A stretch of 64,000 nt of DNA. Source: Pinctada imbricata. Its lineage: Eukaryota. The stretch's first letter is position 1. The number at the start of each line of letters is the position of its first letter. A program made the position numbers and the translations under genes. The stretch covers positions 57,730,741 to 57,794,740 of the forward strand of contig VSWD01000007.1 in NCBI GenBank assembly GCA_033119305.1, read 5' to 3'. The notes beneath the pieces were generated by a model. It saw only the letters and a program-made list of their open reading frames with translations. It was not told the origin of the DNA and made no database searches. Positions 26,100 through 38,420 of this stretch are shown in pieces.

Positions 26100-27545
26100 A
26101 TGTTTGCCCATGAATACATTACCTTGACCTTTGACCTTTAGTTATAAAGGGTATTTTTAACATACTTCACCGTAATATCTCAATTTAAAGTTTATTAAGT
26201 ATTGACACAATTTAGTCTAATTCAATTTTTTTTATAGGTCAATGTCATTCCTCAAGTCAAAGTTAACAATCATTTCAACTAATCATGATCTTCCTCTATG
26301 GAAAGTTTTAAAATGATACTTCAAAGAGTATTAGTCAAATCTCAAGGTCAAGGTCAATACCTGAAACCAGGTCCACTTGCTTAGATCTACCTATCTCTGT
26401 GTGACATAATATTGGTATAATATTGGTAGCTTACTACGATGGAGTCAAATATCATCAAGGTCAAAGTCAAATGGCCAGGTCAATGTCAATACTTGAAATA
26501 AAGTCAGCTCAAAAAAGTCAACTCATCATTTCCTATCTCCATGCAAAGTTTAATGAAATATTTCAAATAGTACTGGTACAATAGAGCTCAACTCTAAATT
26601 ATATTTTTTAAACAAGGTCAAACCTCAAGGTCAAGGTCAAAGGCAATACCTGCGTTCAGATTTTCTCACTATGCTTTATCTCTGTACCAAGTTTGAAGAT
26701 TGTACTCCTTATACTGTAGTTCTTTCACAACTAACCTAAATCCAAATTACATTTTTCAAGATCATGGTCAAACATCAAGGTCATTGAATGTAACCAGAAG
26801 TCTCTGATGAGACTGAAGCTCTCCTGGTTGTTTGCTTAAATTAATCTAAGCAACACATCCATTTTACAAGACCCTGGGAATCAGGGGCTAAAACAAAATA
26901 CAAGACCAGAGAATGATTAATGTAACGGAAAAAGAGTTAACTCTCTATCATTTTCACTTTCTGAGAATTAGTGCTCGCAAGATTACATAGCATTATATAG
27001 GAGAAAATGACCACACCCATTTTAAAAGACCCTCGGGGTCAGTGGTTCAAACAAAATACAAGATGCACATCTAGACCACAGACTGAGGATAATGCAAAAG
27101 CAATTATCTTTCTATCAATTATACTTTCTGAGAATTGGTGCTCACAAGATTAAAAAGGGTTATATAGGAGAAAATTACCACACCAATTTACCAAGACCCT
27201 GGGAGTCAGGGACTCAAACAAAATATCAGGTGCACAACAAAACCACAGACAGAGAATAATGCTAAAAGAATTTTCTTTCTATCAGTTATACTTTCTGAGA
27301 ATTGGTGCTCACAAGATTACATAGATTATATAGGAGAAAATGACCACGCCCATTTTCCTGGAGGTCAGGGGCTCAAACAAAATTTCATGTGCATAACTAG
27401 ACCACAGGCCCATTATAATGCACAAAGAATTTATTTTGTACTATTCACAGATTCAGAGGATTGGCACTCACAAGAAAAGTTTAACCGACAGACAGACAGA
27501 CGACAGACACATGGCGATCGCTTTTTTTTTTTTTTGCTGCCATAA
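26100..27545 (+). mobile_element. Helentron-like non-autonomous composite: a ~150-bp AGGTCA-rich array (26260-26800), a ~160-bp x4 array (26840-27480), (GACA)n, then a poly-T end
   Basis: Four copies of caagaccctgggaatcaggggctaaaacaaaata...gagaaaatgaccacacccatttt. gacagacagacagacgacagaca at 27487-27512, then catggcgatcgc + T16. Confidence 0.45.
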
Positions 27546-27839
27546 TTTGAATCCAAATTGCACATTATTGGGCATCTTACAGCCACGCATGTCTCATTAA
27601 AAGGACCCGACACTCTGTGTGTCTAATTGGTATGATACATGTATATTCTTGCCTCCTACTTCGGGAAAAATTGCCGCCTACTTTACATAAAAAATATCCG
27701 TTGCGTATCAATTTCTATTGCTGGTTAAGAATTACATGTCTATTTATTCTATTCAACGTGTTCAACAGAGAATTACATTGTCCTGTAAAATCTATTCTTA
27801 GACTATATAAAACAAACATAGGGTAATCAAAGATTACAC

Positions 27840-28100
27840 AGCTCGCCTATACAGGTTTTTGTCAGAAACCAGGTTAAAGTTTTTGAAAAGAAGGTCAAAG
27901 TCCAAAGTCAAGGTCACTAGGTCAAAGGTGACTGGTCATGGTGTCAAATGAAAGGTCTCATCACAAGGTATCTTCATGTGAAATATCAAAGCCTTTCAAG
28001 AGATATAGCCCAGGTTCAAGTCTTGTCTACGGACGAAGACGACGACAACGCCGAGGGTATGGCATTAGCTCTCCGGACTTTTTCGTCCCGGCGAGCTAAA
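27840..28100 (+). repeat. HINE/pearl-like unit with BIV160-like subunit, (gacg/gaca)n and a 3' hairpin agctctccgg...ccggcgagct
   Basis: aaggtcaaagtccaaagtcaaggtcactaggtcaaaggtgac...atgtgaaatatcaaagcc...ggacgaagacgacgacaacgcc...gctctccggactttttcgtcccggcgagct. Confidence 0.45.
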
Positions 28101-28529
28101 AATTATCTCAAAATACACGTATACGACAAATCTTTGCGCAACAGGTATGTCAAGTTTTTCAGTGCGGCGTAGCAGGTCATTTTACAACAACATCTAATAT
28201 CAGAGTATAAGATGATGTATAGAACGATTACATCTTGACTTTCTGACAATTTGATGGTCAAAAACTGATTTGTAAATAAATCTAACGAAAATTGTATAGA
28301 TATTGACCATGCGCAACCACTTGTCATGAACAATAAATGACCAGCATATTCGCATGTATGATACAGATGAAATAAGTTTACATACTTTTCATTCTTGCTC
28401 TGTTTTCTGTATGTAAAGTGTAAACAGCTTATGTAAAAAATAATTATAGGAACAACATCAAGAATTCATTGTAATATTGAGTCTATTGTTAATGACATTC
28501 ACAATGTAAGAAGTGAGCACGGACCACGG

Positions 28530-28580
28530 ACCGTAGGTTTATGATTGGCTGAATGGACATGCAGGTAAGCCCTCAGCCAA
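28530..28580 (+). promoter_or_regulatory. Inverted pair of CCAAT boxes (tgattggctga / tcagccaatca), a candidate NF-Y-type promoter element
   Basis: Perfect 11-bp inverted repeat, each half containing ATTGG/CCAAT, 26 bp apart. Downstream aaaATGGCT and a cag|gtatgtg donor at ~28706. Confidence 0.3.
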
Positions 28581-28934
28581 TCAAATCCTTGTTTCATTAG
28601 AGGTTTTTGGCAGGAAAATGGCTACAAGATTTCAATTGACAAGTGAAGAGTGATGATAGTCGAAAATGTTAAAAGTAGAGTTGTTTGCGGTGTTTTGTAA
28701 AAAAACAGGTATGTGTATCATATCTAATAGTGATTTAGAGTTTGCTACTGTATCATGCTTGCGTACCGAGGGCCTGACACAAGCATGCAGTGCTGACTGT
28801 GACAATGCCAAACTAGAATGTTACCAGTAAAAGGTGGACCGAGAAAAAAATAAAAACAATTTGTTTTTCCTGAATGACCAACACTTTATAGTGACCGTGC
28901 TATGTTGATTGCATAGATAAATTATTTCAGTTTT

Positions 28935-30420
28935 ACGGAATATGCATTTTGAAAGAACAGTTGAATAATTTCAGAAAATTGAATTTTCTGTGACATCTAG
29001 GTCTATGAACGTCAGAGTTCGAGACCTTAAATCTCTAAAAGAAGGGGGAAGGGGGAATTGTGTCTGCAACCTGTGGCTTATTTACAGGGTACCTGTAAAA
29101 TGCGAAACGAAAAGAAACGAAACAAAAAGAAACGAAATGGAAACGAAAAGAAACGAAATGAAAACGAAATGAAAACGAAACGAAACGAAATGGAAACGAA
29201 ACGAAATTGAACAAAACGGAATATGCATTTTGAAAGAACAGTTGAATAATTTCAGAAAATTGAATTTTCTGTGACATCTAGGTCTATGAACGTCAGAGTT
29301 CGAGACCTTAAATCTCTAAAAGAAGGGGGAAGGGGGAATTGTGTCTGCAACCTGTGGCTTATTTACAGGGTACCTGTAAAATGCGAAACGAAAAGAAACG
29401 AAACAAAAAGAAACGAAATGGAAACGAAATGAAAACGAAATGAAAACGAAACGAAACGAAATGGAAACGAAACGAAATTGAACAAAACGAAACGAAATGA
29501 AACGAAACGAAATGAAACAAAACGAAATGAAACAAAACGAAATGAATGAAACGAAATGGAAACAAAATGAAACGAATACATGTACATGTAAAAAGAAACG
29601 AAATTTATATACTGGTTATTTTTTATATGGGGGAGGGGTGAGAGGTGTGTGTTGGGGGGGGGGGGGTTGAAATATCTATTTTAATAGTGAGAATGAAAGA
29701 TCTAAAGGTAATTGGATGGTCAGGGTACCCTTTCAATATAAATAATTAAATATGAAAATGAATTAGATTATTAGTGAATATCTTATTTTCAAATCCTTAC
29801 CCAGAAATAATGATGAAATAAAAATGCATAATAATTGTAAAAAGTGTCGAACTGGTTCAATATTAAATATAGCTAGATATTCTTTTTCCTTTCTTCTCTA
29901 TGGTATTTGTGCTTGAACAAACAATTTTTCGCCTCATATATATAAACCTCACCCTTTCACTCTTTAAAATTTACCCCTTTTCTTTGAAAAGATTTGAAAA
30001 TAAAATATTCATTAATACTCTAATTTCATTTTCATATTTAATTATTTATATTAAAAGGGTATCCTGACCATCCGATCCCCTCTGGATCTTTCATTCTCAC
30101 TTTCAAAACAGATATTTCAACCCACCCACCCACACCCTGAACCCACCCCACCCACACCCACACACCTCACCCCAACCCCCAACCCCCTAAAAAACTAACC
30201 AATAAATAAATGTCGTTTCTTCTTATATGTATTTCGTTACATTTTGTTCCCATTTCGTTTTGTTTCATTTCGTTTTGTTAAATTTCGTTTCGTTTCCGTT
30301 TCATTTCGTTTCGTTTCCATTTCGTTTCGTTTTGTTTCCATTTCGTTTCGTTTTGTTTCCATTTCGTTTCGTTTTGTTTCCATTTCGTTTCGTTTCTTTT
30401 CGTTTCGCATTTTACAGGTA
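28935..30420. repeat. Foldback-like inverted-repeat structure. The arms consist of a ~160-bp unique block plus a (GAAACGAAA)n minisatellite, the left arm is tandemly duplicated, and there is a ~250-bp central spacer.
   Basis: 28935-29215 and 29216-29500 are direct copies. 29330-29770 is the reverse complement of 30020-30420, e.g. gggtacctgtaaaatgcgaaacgaaaag vs cttttcgtttcgcattttacaggtaccc and tgaaagatctaaaggtaattggatggtcagggtaccc vs gggtatcctgaccatccgatcccctctggatctttca. Confidence 0.85.
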
Positions 30421-31098
30421 CCCTTATTTACATGCTTATTTATACATTTTCAATTTTTCGTAATATATATATTTTTATTTTTCATTGTCCCCTGATGCGT
30501 CCTCACTATGGTATTGCCATAATTCACATTATTAAAGGAAGCTGGTAGAAAATACATCCTACTGGCTCTCTGCTTACTTCCAGGCTGTTTCGTAGTCACC
30601 AGGTGCATCGTATGTGATTGCTTACTGCCAGGTGTAAACTTCCGGTCGTAAAGTTTTCAGGTTTTTGTGGAAAAAATGCGAGAATTTTCAAAATCTACGG
30701 TATAAATTTCGAGTATAACAGTACATGTTGATGTGAAATTAGAAAAACATTTACACGAACCATCTTTAAAATAAAGCAAACAAATTAATTCAGCTAAATA
30801 ACGTACCTTTATTTCTGTCACATAATAAATTTCACGGGAGCCGCCATATTGTATGACGTAATGGATTGACATAGGTAGACAACTCGTGGGTGTACATGTT
30901 TCATTCTTTTTGCCTGCTTCTTGTAATCGGAGTACCACTCACTTAAAAAAAAGACAGTACTTTTAAAAACTTATAGACTTTACTGGTTCTCTAGTGTTTA
31001 AAACCTGACAAAAAATATATAAAAAAGTATAAAAAAGGTTACTTATTTTATTTGAATAATTTGATAGGATACGGATAAACAGGATAGATAATGATTAA

Positions 31099-33583
31099 CC
31101 CTCTGGCTGCGACAACCTTGTTCAAATAACGTTACGTCACTGCGAGAAATTTTGACGTCACGCAGCAAAAACAACGTTCGTCCTTCCCGCCAGGTTTAAA
31201 AGAGGTGTTACGCTGCAGGACAGGGATGCAGAATTAACAAATCGATTTTTTTCTTTTAAGTTCCATAAATGCAGAAGATAAATTTGATACATACAATGTT
31301 GTTGACGAATATATTTGGATTTACAATGGGAAATGAAACGGGAAAAGATTTCCCGAGAGATGTCAAAAGCATCTGAAACGGAACGAAATATGTAAAAAGG
31401 AACTGTATCTGCAATCTCAAATTAAGCCGAGTCAAATAATTCATCTTTGAATCATACTATAGTACATGTATTTCATATCTTTCTAACAGAAGACGATGGC
31501 AGAATTTTGGTACAATTAATCTTTGAATCTTTTCTTACTAGATTTTGTAAAAAAGATCTCACATTTTTCATCACTTCGTCCTATTTTAATACTATTAAAA
31601 CTTCAATTCACGTCAATTCATCTCTAGATTTCCGATTATTATGTGTATGCTGTGTTTATGTCTTTTTTAAAAAAATAATTTGTAAACAGGAAAAAAAAAA
31701 CAAAGACAAAAGAGGGAGGGGGAGAGAAAATACAGACAGCAGAAGACTTTATACATTGTGTCTTTAAGGTTTTCTATCTAAGACGAAAGTAACAAAACTT
31801 CCTGAAATTTTTTGCAGTTTGTGTGAAGTTCTATCTAATACACACAATTTGAATGATAAATAAATGACACTTCTTTTTTAGAAAAACTAGATCGTTTGTA
31901 TGCTATCATTTGCCCAATTTCTATTTGTGTCGAAATGAAAGTGAAGGGAAAAATCGTCTCGTACTTCTTAATCTTTATAGTTCCGCCTTATCTTTGTCTA
32001 ATAAATTTCAGTTTGGGAAATGTTTTTAAACTCTATCTGCTCAATTTTGAATTAGCCTGTTTGTATGATTCTATTATGCTTTGAATCACTGACACACAAT
32101 TAGTGTCAAATCGTACACACTTTTATCGTCTCTTTTATGGATACACTGATACTCGATTAAATAATGGAACTTTTTTTAAGTCGTCATATATGTATACCGT
32201 TGTTTTCTAGTATCCTATAGTTTTTTATTTTCGACAAATCTTTCCGTAAGAACGTCTGAAATTACCTTTTTTTCTTGCTGATTTTATCCAGTACAAAAAC
32301 GTAAATAGCGATTTGAAATGCAAAGAAGGGGTCAGGAATCTTAAAAGAAAAGAATTCAAATGATGAATACATGTACATTAATACCTATTACGGACTAGTT
32401 CGGACTAATTCACAGCCCTGTCCCAGCCACTTTGTATGTATAAATCATCTACTATACAAACTCTACTATCATTTCAAAATGAAACAAAATTGAAATTTTG
32501 ATGCAGACAAAATTTATGGGTAACCAAACATACTTTGCAAAACTTATTACATTGTACATAAATTATACAATGTATGATTTAAGATTGCATAATTGAATTG
32601 CATTATTTTTATCTTTTTTTTATTCATTACACTCACTCAGAACCACAGGAGCTAGACACCAACATAGGACCACATTGTAAACTTGTTAATTTTGTAGCTA
32701 AATATAAATGTGCTTTCCTGTATAAATAAAGGAAATAAATAAATAAAACAACCCTCAATTATGTACGCTTCTTCGAGCTCCTTTAATAAAGGAAGATGCG
32801 ATTGTAGACATCGAGCTCAGGACTATGATTTAGAAACACAATCATGTCGAATTTTTGTCTTGTTTTTAATCATTTATGTGTACTAAAACATTTTTTTTTT
32901 ACATTTTAACACTTTCCCTTCCCCTCTCTTAATGTTTCTCATGTCATGCTGCTGTCAGTATACGCGTACCATTGCAGATGCCAACTGTCAGACTTAGAAT
33001 TAAGATGTAAGATTTTTTATCCTGGGATTTTTTTTTTTGTTGAGGGAGGGGACATGGTTCTCAATGATGTTTAAAAAGGGGGACCTTCTGAAAGAAGTTA
33101 CAAAGAAGGTGAAATCTCTAGATATAGTGATTTTTTAATGCTTTACAACGAGAAATAAGCGGCTTGTAAAGGATGTAGAGACAAATCGCATGTTGTCGGC
33201 TAATAATTGGGCGGGGGGGGGGGGTTAATCAAATACGTTTCAGAATTAGGAAGACAGAATTTTCTATGACTAAACTGGAGAATCAGGAACATGTCCAAGT
33301 CAGATTCAGGAGCATATCCAGAGACTCAACTATCGAGTGCACGTGCAACTTTTGCTGGGATGACTGGCAAGACTAGAAGTGATGAGGATATGGACGGGTA
33401 TTTATATTATCCATGTATATTAGACTCCTGCTACAATATATGACTAAAAAAATCAAAACAAAATTTGAAGACAATTCTAAAGGTCAAGGGAGAAGGAAGA
33501 CTATTACACATTCGCGTATAAGCAATATTTCGAAAAAAGTAAATACATGTAGAAAAGATAAACTGCAAATTTCTGAGAGAGGT

Positions 33584-33630
<47 letters not shown>

Positions 33631-35418
33631 TCAGAGAGAGATTTCTGACTTGCTCTAATTCTAAACATGATAACCTTATTCTTTATACAACCAAAGGGGG
33701 AAAAGTTATCGCTCTTGCTGACCCGGATTAGGGGGTATTTTATCTAAAGATGCCTTTCCTCCTTTTGCCTTATTTTCCCTGATCCTATATATGATCTGTA
33801 CAAGATTTCGCCAAAATCTCCGTCTTCACAAATTCATATAAATTCGCAAATAAACGGACTTACAATGTTATTCATGTTGGTTTTTTCATAACATGGAATG
33901 TAAATTAATTAAAACAATAATGTCGGTATGAACAAATTTATTTGTTACAAGTTTCTTTAGTTTGAATATCATCCATTTTCGTGCGTTATTTGGTATTCGG
34001 TTACCAAAGATAGTAGAGCTCCTTCATCTAAATATGCATAATTGTATTACATGTACGAGTACATGCACAAATGTAGTTTAACCATTTTATTTCCAAAAGA
34101 AATTGAAATTGGATTGGGGGTAAGTTATTCTAAAATTATCAATGTTCTATCTATGCAATATTTGGTTGTTATTCAAAATATCATGAGGCTGAAATAAAAA
34201 TTGTCTTTATAAAAGGTTAATAATCTATCTAAGCAAAAAAGGAAAACATACCACAGAGAATTGAGAGAGTCTTGATCTGTCCCCATGCATCTCTCATAAA
34301 TTCTGAATTTATGATTTACATGTATGCAAACTAAGAAAATTTAACGGTTGCATGACAACCCCCCCCCCCCCCCCCCCTAAATTGACTTTGAGTGGAGATT
34401 ATTCTTTCCGCCTAACATTCGGCGGAAGTTTCTACAATCTGGTACAAGGAAGAATGCTATCATGAATGATTTTCTCCCTTACACAACTATGTTCATTTTA
34501 CAGATTATCATGGAAATAAAATAAAAATAAACAAGTGTAAAATATGTTGAAAAAATAAACAAGTAACATGTGTTATTCTAAATATCCCTGGCCAATCATT
34601 ATTCGTCCTTTTCTGTTATAGACTCATCTGTCATCGTTTTGCAAAAAATGTTGTCAGTTCAAGTCAAAGTTTAAAAAAATATCATGTTTTGTGCAAAATT
34701 TCATATCTGGTTCCATAAATCTATTTAGAGATAAGGGAATATGAAGAAGAGAAAAGGAAAAAATTATACGTAACCGTTTTTAAACATTTTGACGTTGCAG
34801 TCAATAAAATGGCGTCATTCATCTCCCTCGTTCTCGATCATGCGTGCAGTTATTTATAAAATAGATATATCTTTGACTAAAGGAAGGTTAAAACTAAAAT
34901 TCACTCGCTCAAAGTTTTCAAATAGAGAAACTTCATTCGATAAAATTTCGTTGCAAAGTACAATAGTTGACAAAATTGTAGAAAAATTCGTATTACCTTA
35001 GATAATTAGAGATAGCAAAATTGAAATATTTTATCTATTATATGGCTAAAATCTCAAAGAAATATCCTGCTTGATCATTTAACTAAAATGTTTCTACTTG
35101 ATTTTATTACCAAGCAACACGCGGTTGAATTTGCGATGATGACGTTAAAAATACGAAACGTTACGGCGGTAGTCAGGGTGTCTCATTTATGGGATATTTT
35201 TGCATATATAAATTTAACGATAAATCTTACTAGGTATTTATTACCATCAAATTGTAGATGATAGTTTTCTGCTTCCATTGATACCAAATTTGTCAAAATC
35301 CGTCAAGAAACAAGCGAATTAGAGGAGTTTTAATGCCGAAAACTAAAGAAGGACACATATGACCCCTACCGCAGCGAGCGGTAAAAGGACACATAAGACC
35401 CCTACCGCAGCCAGAGGG
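31099..35418. mobile_element. Candidate piggyBac-like non-autonomous element (~4.3 kb), flanked by TTAA with terminal inverted repeats CCCTCTGGCTGCG
   Basis: TTAA|CCCTCTGGCTGCG at 31095-31111 and CGCAGCCAGAGGG|TTAA at 35406-35422 form a 17-bp perfect inverted match that includes TTAA. Subterminal tgacgtcac-type and tandem repeats at both ends. No transposase ORF inside. Confidence 0.3.
33586..33628. repeat. (GA)n microsatellite
   Basis: agagagagag run. Confidence 0.95.
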
Positions 35419-36538
35419 TTAAAGGTACACATAGTCTAACAGGGATTGAAGTTTTACCGTAAAAAGCTTTTAAGTACTACCATTTGAACATCTATATATT
35501 ACTTACATAAAATATCTCTCACATTTTTGTTTTATAGACGCTTTTACTCTCTAATACAAACGAGTTCGGTAAACTTCGGAAATTGTTATTTGCATATACA
35601 GTATGTAGAAATATGTAACATTTACCAAGGTCAAAGTGAACACGCTACAACGATCAGCCAATCGCTTGAATGAACTTCACATCGTAGGATTACTACGAAA
35701 CATGTAGTAAACCACGTATACAGTCTTTTTGAAATTCTCTCTAAAAACTAACTCACTAATATTTCATTAATTGCAAATACAAGGTTGATATCATGTATAG
35801 ATATCATGTTCCATTCAAATCACCGTTTTGAACATGGATAATCGAACACTTTCAAATGACTAACAACGTGTAATAGTGTATGACGGCTTGAATGGGAGGC
35901 AGGTGTAGTCTGCTATACACATGTGCGTTTGTTTACCAAATCCTGAATGCAAATTAACCTTTATTTAGTTATGATTTTTGTTCGTTTTTTAATATTTGAT
36001 TTAGACTGTCAATATATATATATTATATATACACATATCAAAATTACTGTGGATATATATACACGTTTAACTTATATATATACTTCTCATAGATAAAAAT
36101 AAACGAGAACTATACATATACATGTACACTGTAGATCCCTTTAGGTAATTTTCCCTCAGACTTGTCACAGTTTTAATTTCACCGTCGTCCTCTAAGCTAG
36201 GTCTCTATAACTTTCCAATACCAAGCCGATACTATTTGTTCATTACATGTCTCTTTTCAGATTTTGATAACACCGATTGTCGATTTATTTTCATCTGGCC
36301 TTATGCAAATAAGTGCTTACACGTGTTCGCAATCGGTCTTCTACGGAGAAAAATTAGGTTATATTAGGGTACCCATATCATAAGCAATAATTGATCATAG
36401 CTCGGTAGTGAGGGCATATGTGACTATTGTAACGAGCCAGTTTCTAATTTCTAAACATGATATACTCGTTTGCGTTAAAATTTTGACAAAAATAGTTGAT
36501 TCATGGTTTGATCTTGACGAGACCTTATGTACCTTTAA

Positions 36539-36882
36539 GGTAGAGCATCCCTCAGGTCACAGATGTTCATATTTCCAAATTAACAACTTCTACCATATTT
36601 TCATTCCCATATATCCAAAGCTTGTGTTAGACCTGATATAAAAACAAAATATAATTCGTGGTTTTATGATTATACCGAGAACTTAAGCCGTTTGAACTTT
36701 AACATTGGACCCTATGGGAAAAGTAAGAACAATCCCTTTTTAGAGGTGATAAAATGTAACTTTAAAAGTTTCTGTTCCCAAAACCATATTAGTTTGATAA
36801 TCTGAAAATTATTCTGAAGAGAAAAAAATAGGGTATCCAGGCAAAAAAATACTAGCAATTCTGACCTGAGGGATACTCTACC
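36539..36882. mobile_element. 344-bp MITE with 21-bp TIRs (GGTAGAGCATCCCTCAGGTCA / TGACCTGAGGGATACTCTACC), flanked by TTAA (or TA), inserted in the LINE ORF2 fragment
   Basis: TTAA at 36535-36538 and 36883-36886. TIRs match 20/21 as reverse complements. Confidence 0.55.
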
Positions 36883-37149
36883 TTAAATGAATGAACTCAA
36901 CGGCGTAGCTCTGCCTGAAAAAGTGGAGGGGCACTATATCCCAAAATTTCTAAGAAGCAAAAAAAAAATGAATTTAGGTAGTGGAAAGATTTTGCGGGAC
37001 CTTGTGAAAGAGCCTAATACGATGCTCTTTCAGTACAACTTGAATCTTACTGGTAAGATCTTTATCATTACTTAAAATTATGCGAAGAATTTAATCTTAA
37101 TTGGAGCCAAGAACCGTTTAGATTTTTAGGTATTAATTTTTCTATTAAT

Positions 37150-37956
37150 TTGCATGATATGGAGAAACTTAACTTTTCAGACAAATTACAGGAAATTAAA
37201 AAACTTATCCACTCATGGTCAAGGCGCTTACTAAGCACAAATGGAAGAATTACAGTAGTTAAATCAGTTATACTACCTAAATTGACTCATTTGTTAATAT
37301 CACTACCGAATCCACATGAATACATCATTAAAGAACTTGAATCGCTTTTATTTAAATACATATGGAATTTCAAAACAGAACGAGTTTCGAGAAAGTGCCT
37401 AATTCAAGATTATTGTAATGGTGGATTAAGAATGACATGTATCAGATCCTTTATAAAAAGCTTGAAAATCACCTGGATTAGAAGAATCATTAATGGTAAT
37501 GGACAATTGTCTTGGTTAAAACTCATGACTGACTCTCTTTCTATTAAAATAGATTCAATTTTTAAATTAGGTCAAGAATACTTAACACATATAACAAAAA
37601 ATATAAGCAATCACTTTTGGAAAGATGTGTTTAAATCATATTATGATTTAAGATTGTTACTCGATCATGATCAAGACATTTATGAATCACTCTGGTACAA
37701 TGATAAAATTAGAATTGACAATAAATCACTTAGTTATTTTGATTGGATGAATAAGGTATTTTCTTTATCTATGACTTGCTGGATGAAAATGGAAATTTAT
37801 TATCATTTGAATCATTCTGTATTAGATATAACTTTCGTCCACCATTTACCGTCTATTACGGTCTCATTGCTTCTATCAATAAGAATAAATGGACACTTAA
37901 TGTGGGAAATCTTCAACAGAATCAACCTTATTATCCAAACTTTATTAAAATTCTAA
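37150..37956 (+). CDS. LINE ORF2 fragment (RT C-terminal domain), frameshifted
   Basis: See LINE feature. Overlaps the next ORF in a different frame. Confidence 0.6.
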   Translation: MHDMEKLNFSDKLQEIKKLIHSWSRRLLSTNGRITVVKSVILPKLTHLLISLPNPHEYIIKELESLLFKYIWNFKTERVSRKCLIQDYCNGGLRMTCIRSFIKSLKITWIRRIINGNGQLSWLKLMTDSLSIKIDSIFKLGQEYLTHITKNISNHFWKDVFKSYYDLRLLLDHDQDIYESLWYNDKIRIDNKSLSYFDWMNKVFSLSMTCWMKMEIYYHLNHSVLDITFVHHLPSITVSLLLSIRINGHLMWEIFNRINLIIQTLLKF

Positions 37957-38420
37957 GAAAATCTGAAAAAGGATCTAAAGATTTTTATAACTTCTTTGTT
38001 TATATGTATTGTAGTAAACCAACAAGTGAGGTCAAATGGGAAAATGAATTACAAGTTCATTTAAATTGGAAAAAGATAAATTTGGCAATTGCTAAAACTA
38101 CAAATGATGGTACAATTAAATGGTTTCAATATCGCATTATACATAGAATTTTAGGTACAAATTTACTTCTTAATAAGATAGGTATCAGTCCAACAAATTT
38201 ATGTACTTTTTGTCAATTATCACCCGAAACTATCACTCACTTGTTGTTCTCATGTAATTTTTCATATGTATTATGGGAGAATGTTATAAAATGGTTAAAA
38301 GATTTTTATGAATTTGATGTACAATTAAATGCAGATAAAATTTTATTTGGCGTATTTGATAGAAGATGCAAAATACTTGATACTATAATATGTTTAATAA
38401 AGAAGGAGCTGTTAAGATAA
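37776..38420 (+). CDS. LINE ORF2 C-terminal fragment (zf-RVT)
   Basis: FCQLSPETITHLLFSCNFSYVLWENV zinc-finger-like tail. Confidence 0.6.
   Translation: MLDENGNLLSFESFCIRYNFRPPFTVYYGLIASINKNKWTLNVGNLQQNQPYYPNFIKILRKSEKGSKDFYNFFVYMYCSKPTSEVKWENELQVHLNWKKINLAIAKTTNDGTIKWFQYRIIHRILGTNLLLNKIGISPTNLCTFCQLSPETITHLLFSCNFSYVLWENVIKWLKDFYEFDVQLNADKILFGVFDRRCKILDTIICLIKKELLR

Larger units (their letters stand above)
36300..38420 (+). mobile_element. 5'-truncated, frameshifted non-LTR retrotransposon (LINE) ORF2 3' half: RT C-terminal region plus zf-RVT tail (L1/Tx1-like)
   Basis: ORF 37150..37956 carries HSWSRRLLSTNGRITVVKSVILPKLTHLLISLPNP...KCLIQDYCNGGLRMTCIRSFIKSLKITWIRRI. ORF 37776..38420 carries WFQYRIIHRILGTNLLLNKIGISPTNLCTFCQLSPETITHLLFSCNFSYVLWENV (zf-RVT). 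The upstream frame shows LGI-F after FNLNW. Confidence 0.7.

Noticed and set aside
29035-30495. Six-frame ORFs inside the (GAAACGAAA)n arms (e.g. 29363..29587, 30244..30495)
   Set aside because: Low-complexity translations (FRFVSFRF...) of a minisatellite on both strands; not coding.
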